A stretch of DNA of 64,000 bases from Malacoraja senta. Its lineage: Eukaryota. The translations under genes and the position numbers were made by a program. Shown one piece after another: positions 1-9,100 of the stretch. The stretch is from contig JAXLNO010000618.1 of the NCBI GenBank assembly GCA_038087875.1, positions 124,001 to 188,000 on the forward strand, written 5' to 3'. The number at the start of each line of letters is the position of its first letter. The stretch's first letter is position 1. The notes under the pieces were generated by a model. It did not search any database. It worked only from the letters and a program-made list of their open reading frames with translations, and was not told the origin of the DNA.

Positions 1-100
1 AATAACTGAGTATATACAGCAATGTTATTATTACATCTGCTCGTTTGCGTTCTCCTCAACCCAAAACTCACATCGTTTTAAACTGCCAAACTACCCAAAT

Positions 101-371
101 CACAGTGGCACAGATGTTAGAGCTGCTGCCTCACAGAGGCGGAGACCAGGGTTCAATCCTGACCTCGGGTGGTCTCTGGGTGGAGATAGCACGCTCCCTG
201 TGGCCACGAATGAGTGGGGTTGTAGGGTACTTAACCTCCATAAATTGCCTGTAGTGTGTAGGGAGCGGACGGGAAAGTGAGATAACAGAACGAGTCAAAC
301 GGGTGATCAGAGGTCGGCACGGACAGAGGGCTGAACGGCAACTTTCCATGCTGTGTCTCAAAACTAAACTC
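101..371 (+). mobile_element. tRNA-derived SINE (HE1-like) with CR1-type tail
   Basis: A/B-box-like head (gtggcacagatgttag...ggttcaatcc) and tail ending ctcaaaactaaact; duplicate at 55625-55896. Confidence 0.75.
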
Positions 372-613
372 AATCAGAACATCACTATACATGTAAGAAG
401 ATTGACACCTACTCATCATTACAAAACAATAGATACTCTCATTCCCCAATGCCCTTGACATTTGTTATCCTCCAATAACCTTTAGAAAGATGAGGTTCCA
501 TGTCTCAACGCATCCAATGCATGCTTGAGCTCAGTAAATTCCCATTTGCCTTTGCCGAAATAAGGTTTTACAAGATGGATTTTACGGTGACACAAACGCT
601 TTCAACAGAAGTG

Positions 614-758
614 ATGTCTGAACCATGAGCAGGAAAGGAAGAGGGAGGTCCTGTAGTTTCATAAAACACAGAGTGAGACTGGGGAACTCAGTGTGTCGCC
701 GTGCTTGGAGCTTTGCTGCCCAAGTCTCTGGACTCGTTCACCAGTCTCTTCCCACAAG
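614..758 (+). other. Candidate distal 5' exon 1a (start unknown)
   Basis: Ends in CACAAG|GTAGGC; homologous to the 2344-2494 block and to 56138-56282. Confidence 0.45.
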
Positions 759-2266
759 GTAGGCGACCTTACTACAGGTTCACTTCAGGTAAAGGAGTGG
801 TTTAAATGGGATCTAGAAACGGAACACCGTGTTCAATAATTTCTAACGTGTGATATTCCACTCCTACAACCATTCATTAGACTGTTCCAGCCTGTTCTGC
901 TTTAGATTTTACAAGGACATAGAAACGTAATGAATAATGAAGAGAACACAAAATGCTGGAGTAACTCAGCGGGACAGGCAGTTACTCCCGCCCAGTTACT
1001 TTAGCGTTTATATTCGGTATCAAGCAGCATCTGTAGTTCCTTCCAACACGAAACTTTATCAATGTATATTTGTCTCCATTGTTTCCACTAGAAACTTAAT
1101 GAAGCTAAATTACCAGCATCTGCCATTTTACCCATTTGGGCTTTCTTCTTTGTTGCCTGGTCAATCTAATGTATCCATGCTCATGTGGATTTTATTTTTC
1201 CCATTTCTCCGGCAATCCTCTGGGACTGATTGAGGATGTTCAACGTCCTCGCCGTTCTGTTGCCCACTCAATTAAGTGAGGTACAAATGAGTTAAAACCA
1301 TTCTACCGAGAAGCAGGAAGTAAGTGGGTCAAGAATGAAAATGTCGGCGTACAGATGAGTCGTTTCAGTCAAGGCAAACCGACTGAATGTGGTTGTGAAA
1401 TCCCAGATTACAGCAGTGACAATATTCCAGTGGCAGATTCCACAGAGGAATGGTCCTTCCCCGTGTAATTGTGTGCGGTTAATTCTCAAATGGTCCGGTC
1501 CCAGGGTTTTCAAAGTGGCTGTGTTCAATACAACACTTGCCAACTAGCAATTTACTGCAGCATTTCCTTTGCAAATTATTTAGTGTTCCTGTTCCGTTCA
1601 AGATCACACGACGATGAAACATTCTTAAGTATGATTTTATAGATCATCACCACTTCAAATGGTGACATTTGTTTTAGAGAAATGCACGGTGGTTATGCGG
1701 GTTATTCTCGGAGGCTGTGAAGGTCTTGGTGCACTCTGTGAGGTTGAACTAGGAGAACACGGCAAGGTGCAGGAACAATTTGGATGCGAATGAAAATATT
1801 GGCTGGAGGTTCCTCCTTGAGTGAAATTAAAAGCTCGGGAGAAAATTAGCATTCAATATTGTACTAAGTTTGAAAATAATCTATGATCCTGATGATCAAA
1901 TGCACCTCATTTGTAACCCCCTAAACCCACCGTGATCTGATACATTTGGATATAGATTTAAACTGCAGGACCAGCTATAATGGTATATGGACATATAATG
2001 GTATATGGACACACTGATCTGTTTTGTAGTCAATGCCTATTATGTTCTGTTGTGCTGAAGCAAGAATTTCATTGTCCTATCAGGGACACATGACAATAAA
2101 CTCACTTGAACTTGTGCTAAAGCTTTAACATCGCTGCAAGGCGTGAATATTGACCATGTTCCCTTCGTTACAAAACAGCAGATTCCCTCGTTATTTGCCA
2201 CCCACTAATAGCATTTAATATAAGGAGGTTCCAAGTCTAAACGTATCCAATATATTTGTGACCTCA

Positions 2267-2276
2267 GGAAATTCCC
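2267..2276. promoter_or_regulatory. Consensus NF-kB site upstream of exon 1b
   Basis: GGAAATTCCC (reverse complement GGGAATTTCC), about 20 bp downstream of a CCAAT and about 70 bp before the exon 1b block; motif match only. Confidence 0.35.
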
Positions 2277-2343
2277 GATTTGGTTTGTCCAAATTAGCTT
2301 TTACAAGATGATTTTTAATCTGAGGCAAACATTATCAACACAA

Positions 2344-2494
2344 ATGGTGTCTGAATCCTGAGCTGGAAAGAAAGAGGAAGGGTGTTTGCCCTTCCAAAGA
2401 AACTGTGTGAGACTGTGAATCTCAGTGTGTCGCCATGCTTGGAGCTTTGTTGCTCAGTCTCTGTACTCATTCACCATCAGTCTCTTCTCACAAG
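2344..2494 (+). other. Candidate proximal 5' exon 1b (start unknown)
   Basis: Ends in CACAAG|GTAGGC. ATG 2435 (MLGALLLSLCTHSPSVSSHK) is in frame with the leader exon if spliced to 3055. Confidence 0.5.
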
Positions 2495-2717
2495 GTAGGC
2501 GAGCTCACTGCAGTCTCACTTCATGTCAAAGAATGGTTTAAAAGGTATCCACAAACTGAACAATGTTGGATGTCCTGTAAACTGTGGTTTATCACTCATT
2601 CAATCAGTTTGTTCCACTTTAGATTTGACAAGGGCATACACACTTTATTAATCTCGTTTTGCCTCCTTTGTTTCTCACAGCTAAATGACCAGCATATGCC
2701 ATTTTCCTACTGGTTTC

Positions 2718-2975
2718 AATAGACAATAGGTGCAGGAGTAGGCCATTCAATGTTATCATGACTGATCTTCCACAATCAGTACCCCGTTCCTGCCTTCTCC
2801 CCATATCCCATGACTCCGCTATCTTTAAGAGCTCTATCTAACTCTCTCTTGAAAGCATCCAGAGAACCGACCTCCACCGTCCTCTGAGGCAGAGAATCCC
2901 ACAGACTCGCAGCTCTCTGTGAGAAAAAGTGTTTCATCGTCTCCGTTCTAAATGGCTTACCCTTTATTCTTAAAC
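2718..2975 (-). mobile_element. CR1 LINE 3' fragment
   Basis: Reverse complement of the 3' end seen in the long CR1 copies; duplicate at about 58384-58621. Confidence 0.8.
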
Positions 2976-3054
2976 AGTGCTGTACTCAATACAACATTTG
3001 CCAACTACCAATTTACTGATCCTTAGTCTAAAACTGCACCTTATTTCCAAACAG

Positions 3055-3154
3055 AGAATGCACAAAATGAGGCCGAGGTTTCTCTGCAGCAGTTTGCCAC
3101 TTGGTTTGATGTTCGGTTTCTTTGTTTTCCTGCTTCGACCTGTTTCCACACAGA
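3055..3154 (+). CDS. Leader exon, copy 1 ([32 protein letters not shown])
   Basis: Acceptor ttatttccaaacag|, ATG 3058, hydrophobic core, phase-1 donor CAGA|GTAAGT. Confidence 0.85.
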
Positions 3155-6100
3155 GTAAGTGCTTTCTCTTCGCTGGTCACAACCACCTTGCATTAATTAT
3201 CATTGTCCGTGTAAACCCGCACACATTGTCAATCTCGCTTTACTCTCCACGTCCATGAATGTGCTGCTGCCTCCAAATCCACACCATCCTTCCTGGACCT
3301 CCATTCCACATCCCTGTATGTGTTGCTGCCTCACAAATCCACACCATCCTTCCTGGACCTCCATTCCACATCCCTGTATGTGTTGCTGCCTCATAAATCC
3401 ACGCCATCCTTCCTGGACCTCCATTCCACATCCCTGTATGTGTTGCTGCCTCACAAATCCACGCCATCCTTGCTGGACCTCCATTCCACATCCCTGAATG
3501 TGCTGCTGCCTCACAAACCCACACCATCCTTCCTGGACCTCCATTCCACATCGCTGTATGTGTTGCTGCCTCACAAATCCACGCCATCCTTGCTGGACCT
3601 CCATTCCACATCCCTGAATGTGTTGCTGCCTCATAAATCCACGCCATCCTTCCTGGACCTCCATTCCACATCCCTGTATGTGTTGCTGCCTCACAAACCC
3701 ACACCTTCCTTCCTGGACCTCCATTCCACATCCCTGAATGTGCTGCCGCCTCACAAATCCACGCCATCCTTGCTGGACCTCCATTTCTGAGCCCATCCCA
3801 TCAACTCCCTCTCCTTCTCCTGCACCGACACGGTCCTTATCAAAGTCAGAAATGGGCTCCTGTGAGCTTGTTGCAGAGTTAGACTCTCCCTCCTCATCCC
3901 GCTCAGCCTCTGCAGCCTTTGACACGGTTGTCCACACCATCCTTCCCAACATATCCTCACCACAGTCCAGGTGGGTGGAACTGCCCTCGACTTATCGATC
4001 CAGTCGCAGCCCGAGAACCACGCACAATGTCTTCACTTCACGCTCCCACAAAGTTCCTTCAAAACCAGGTGGAGTTCCTCCACTACCCCAACACAACCCC
4101 CTATCCCCACCTACGTCTCCCTCCCTCCCACTCACTCACTTCTCTCATGTGATGAAATATCCCTGCATCAATCAGGCCAGGTTATTCCAGACGACATCTC
4201 TTCACAAACCGTGTCTTCCTCGCTGGGGTTTCCAAGGAAGATCACAACTGTCTGGAATTAAATTCAGTTCAAAATTAATGATTACAGATATGGGGTGGAT
4301 GGGGAAAATGTGTTTTAAATATTAATTCTTCATTGTTCGTATTCGCAACAGCAAATAGAAATCGAATGTATTTCTTGGATAATGGAGGCGACATTGTGTT
4401 AAACGGACAGGACAATGCTGAGAAAGACACTGTTGTTGCCTGGGAATGGAAACCACACTCAGGGAAGGAAATCGGAAAATTGTCGACTTTTAGAAGAACG
4501 GGGCGCGATTGGATCAAAGTGAAGGCCGCTGGCGAGAGTAAAGTGGACTTGTACCCGGAGATGAAAGTGTATTCCCGTACCCTTGATCTGACAATTGATA
4601 AACCCACATTTAAATGGGCGGGAATTTTCACTTTGGCTCAAACAGAACCGAGAAAGCAAATCCTGAAACAATATGAAATATTTGGGATGAAAGGTGAGTG
4701 GGAGCGATAAGGATCAATAATGTTTAATTTATCTCTGTAAATATTGTCACCTATAATGATGAGAGATGGCGGGAATTGTGAGACTTCTTCCACCCGGTGA
4801 AAAGTTAAACAACTGGGGAAGTGTTTTTGTTCATTGATTCTGTAATGATCAGCAGGGGTGATAATAGTTTGATGACTTCACTGGGAACAGCAAATCAATG
4901 AATCGACCCGCAGCGAATACCATGGTCTTCTTGCCTGCACACGGAAGGTGATCGCGGCAAGGTGGTATGGAACCAATGTCTCCATGCAGTGGCCCCGGGG
5001 TGACACTGCTACTTAATGTTACCCTGTGACCAGGTGGATGGAAGTCCATCGCCTGTGGAACATGGGCTCTGCCATAGAGTTCACCTCTTGAGAGCAATCA
5101 GATACACCTAGGAGTGGAAATAGATGCATTTTCAACAGTTTGTGAATATTTGAAACAGAGCATGTGTAAATACAACAACACCTGAATGTTGCCGGTTCCA
5201 CCTGCAGTCACACGGTAAACAGCCGGCATTTCGCTGCGTCAATGTGAGCAGCCACGGGTGTCAGGGTTCTGAGAGCACTTGGGGAGAAGTTGTTCTGACT
5301 TTCAGCTACGTGTCAGCTTTAAGCCCGGTTATTGGATGAACCATGACATCCGCACTCTTCTGAAGTCCAGATTCCGGGCATTCAGGTCTGGGGATGCAGT
5401 GGTCTACAAGAAGTTCAGATACGACCTTGGTAAGGCCATCAAAAGTCCAAAAGGGACTTCTGCTCCAAGCTGGAGGATGAGACGGATGTTCGGCAACTAT
5501 CTTAGGGCTTGAATGCCATCACCTCCTATAAAGGCAAATTCAGGATGTAGCTCAAATGTCAGCGAAACATCACTCCCTGACGAGCTCAATGCGTTCTATG
5601 CACGCTTTGATAGGGAGAACACCGATGTGCCTTCCCGAGCCCCCATTCGCTGTGATGGTATTTCAGTCTCAGTCACAGAGGCCGACGTCAGAAAATCCTT
5701 CAGAGGGGTGAACCCTCGATAAGCACCTGGACCTGATGGTATACCTGGTCGTGTTCTAAAAACCTGTGCGGACCAACTGGCTGGAGTTTTTACGGACATT
5801 TTCAACCTCTCACTTCTGAGGTCTGAGGTTCCCACCTGCTTTAAAAGGGCATCAATTATACCAGTGCCCAAGAAGAGTAAGGTGATGTGTCTCAATGACT
5901 ATCGACCTGTGGCACTAACACCTGTGGTGATGAAGTGCTTTGAAAGGTTGATCATGGCGCAAATCAACTCCTACCTCGACAAAAACCTGGACCCACTGCC
6001 GTTCGCTTACCGCCACAACAGATCAACGGTGGATGCGATCTCGCTGGCCCTCCACTCTGCTCTGGACCACTTGGACAACAAAAACCCATATGTCAGGCTG

Positions 6101-9100
6101 TTATTCATTGATTACAGCTCGGCATTTAATACAATCATCCCCTCCAAGCTGGTTACCAAACTCTCAGATCTGGGTCTCTGTGCATCCCTCTGCAATTGGA
6201 TCCTCGACTTCCTCATTCACAGACCATAGTCTGTTCGTATTGGTGGAAATGTGTCAGCCTCGATAACAATCAGCACGGGAGCACCTCAAGACTGCGTGCT
6301 CAGTCCCCTGCTGTACTCACTCTATACTCATGAGTGCGTAGCCGGACACAGTGCGAACTCCATCATCCAGTTCGCTGACGACACCACTGTTGTGGGACAA
6401 ATCACTGATGGAGACGAGTCAGAGTATAGAAGAGAGATCGAGCAACTGTCCATATGGTGCCAGCACAATAACCTGGCCCTCAACACCAGCAAAACCAAGG
6501 AATTGATTGTGGACTTTGGAAGGGGTAGGATGGGGACCCACATTCCCGTTTATATCAACGGGTCGATGGTGGAAAGGGTCAAGAGCTTCAAATTCCTGGA
6601 CGTGCATATTTCCGAAGATCACTCCTGGTCCCAGAACACTGATGCAATTATAAAGCAAGTACATCAGCGCCTCTACTTCATGAGCAGATTACGGAGAGTC
6701 GGTTTGTCAAGGAGGACTCTCTCTAACTACTACAGGTGCACAGTAGAGAGCATGATGACCGGTTGCATCGTGGCTTGGTTCGGCAACTTGAGTGTCCAGG
6801 AGCGGAAAAAGCTACAAAAAGTAGTAAACACTGCCCAGTCCATCATCGGCTCTGACCTCCCTTCCATCGAGGAGATCTATCGCAGTCGCTGCCTCAAAAA
6901 GGCTGGCAGCATCATCAAGGACCCACACCATCCTGGCCACACACTCATCTCCCCGCTACCTTCAGGTAAAAGGTACAGGACCCTGAAATCTGCAACATCC
7001 AGGTTCAGGAACAGCTGCTTCCCCACAGCCATCTGGTTATTAAACACAACTTCAAACAAACTCTGAACTATAACAGCCTATTGCACTTTATCTGTTTATT
7101 TATGTGTGCATATATGTATATATATTCTATGGTACATGGACACACTGATCTGTTCTGTATTTATGCCTACAATATTCTGTTGTGCTGCAGCAAGCAAGAA
7201 TGTCATTGTCCCATCTGGGACTTGACTTGTACAAACCACTACTCACTCTGAATCTCATTGATCTGTTTTTCACAGTTGAGGCAAGTCCACAGAGGCCTCT
7301 GCTGGGCAGTGACGTCACACTCAGCTGCACCATCTCCAGACTCTCAGATACAGTCAGTCTTCACTGGAGACCCATGGACTCATCCCAGCAGAACAGGAGC
7401 AACACTGATCAGATCCGCCTGGATAACACGGTCTATCTGATGGTTCAACACGTTACAGTGGGGGATGGGAAGCTGTATGTGTGTGATGTGCAGGAAAACG
7501 GAAACATTGTTCACACAAGTAATGGAGATTTTACTGTAGAGAACGGTGAGTGTAAACACCTCCCATTGGATATCAAGTAGACACTTGTATCACGGTGCTT
7601 CTTGTAATATTATGTGTGTGCCCTGTGAAGAACTGTGGCAGTGACCAACTGCTCTCTAGTATAAAATGCTGCAATGATCAGGGAGAAGTTTACAGAAAGT
7701 CTCTCTCTCTGTGGAGCAGCTGCCTGCTTGTCTCTGTGTGACAGACACACAGCACAGGAGGGGGATGTCTTTCTGTAACCATTCTTCTGTCAAGTATTTT
7801 GTCAGTTTATCTTGCCATCAATGCTCCAGTATCTGAGACTGAGATACTGATACAGGACTCATGTCAAAGTGTCAGATAGAAAGTGTAGTCACCATGACAA
7901 CCACCAGCACTTGCTGCTCACACTCACACTGGGGGTCCCGGCCCACACATCAGCACTGAACAACAATCCATCCCCTCTCCCCTCACTGACCCTTCTCTCC
8001 GAGTCTGGTGTTGCTTGAAGTGATTCCAGCTGCTGCAGACTCTGGCTTCGGATCAGCATTCAACTGGGAGCAGGACCCGGGAACAGGGAAGGACAGGGAA
8101 TCAATGGGTGTGAATGGGAGAGGGATGGTGGGAATTATGGGAATGAAGGGACGGGAAGACCCGACCCACTTGAAGTGCCAACCTGTCCGGGTCAGTCCCC
8201 ACGCAGGCATCCTCTGGGCTGCTTCTGTCCGCAGCCTGAACCTGCACCACCTCCTGCAGACAGACTGACAGAGACATTCACCTCCCAGACCGCTCTCGGG
8301 AGTCTCCGGGAGGTTTCATTCCATCCCGGGAGATTCCCGGACAGTCCGGGTGTGGGGGCGAACCGAATGTTGAAATGTAGAGTGGAATATCCAAACTTCA
8401 CTGCAATTTACTGCCGTACAGGACATTGTATTTTATAAAGATCTGATGAGTTTAGTGCGGCATTCATGAAAGATGTTACATTTGAAACTTGATCAGCTGA
8501 ACAAAACACCACGAATGTTTATAAGAATACGGTTGAGAATCTCTGTATGGCACGGTAACTGTAATACTGAAAGGAGTTATCCTCTGTCTCTCTGATACAG
8601 ATTTATATAGGGAGATATACACACTTTACCGCTCCAGCACAGATCACAGTGAACTTCACCTGGTTTGTTCTGTGAGTTATGGTGATAGCTATTCCCGTGC
8701 TGAGTGGACCTGGACACCTCATCACCTTCAACAACACAAAGTAATAGCATCTGCAAACCGTTCTCAGCCCATCAATGTCAAAGGGACCGACTTCAGGAAT
8801 CGACTGGTGACCTCAGGGAAACCCTTCGATGGCGAGGATTTCAGTGTGAGGATTGTCCCCGTTTTGTTTCAAGATGCCGGAGTTTACGCATGTTTTCTGG
8901 AATCATATCCATTTCTCACCATTGATCTAATCACAGTGAAAGGTACGAGACAGAATGTTGCCACTGAGTTTACTGATGAACTTATTGTTTAAAATGTAAA
9001 CAACCTGCTTGTTTCCACAGTCACAGCTGAACCGTCTGATGCAGTGACTGAGGGAGACACCGTTACCCTGACCTGCTCTGTGTCTCACGTCATTGGGTCA

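Noticed and set aside
101-371. tRNA-like heads of SINEs (also 15695, 19595, 47044 and 55625) as tRNA genes
   Set aside because: No complete cloverleaf; they continue into SINE body and CR1-type tail.
1292-1543. Minus-strand ORF repeated at 56946-57197 with a relative at 58801-59016
   Set aside because: Lies in the duplicated 5' module; the more distant relative shifts frame; no recognisable motif.
2435-2722. ORF beginning MLGALLLSLC as the main leader exon
   Set aside because: Its donor is phase 0 and cannot join D1 (phase 1) directly, and the ATG is GTG in three of four homologous blocks. The exon at 3055-3154 fits phase and is conserved.
3200-3952. 250-aa and overlapping ORFs
   Set aside because: Translations of the 60-bp minisatellite and an L2 fragment.
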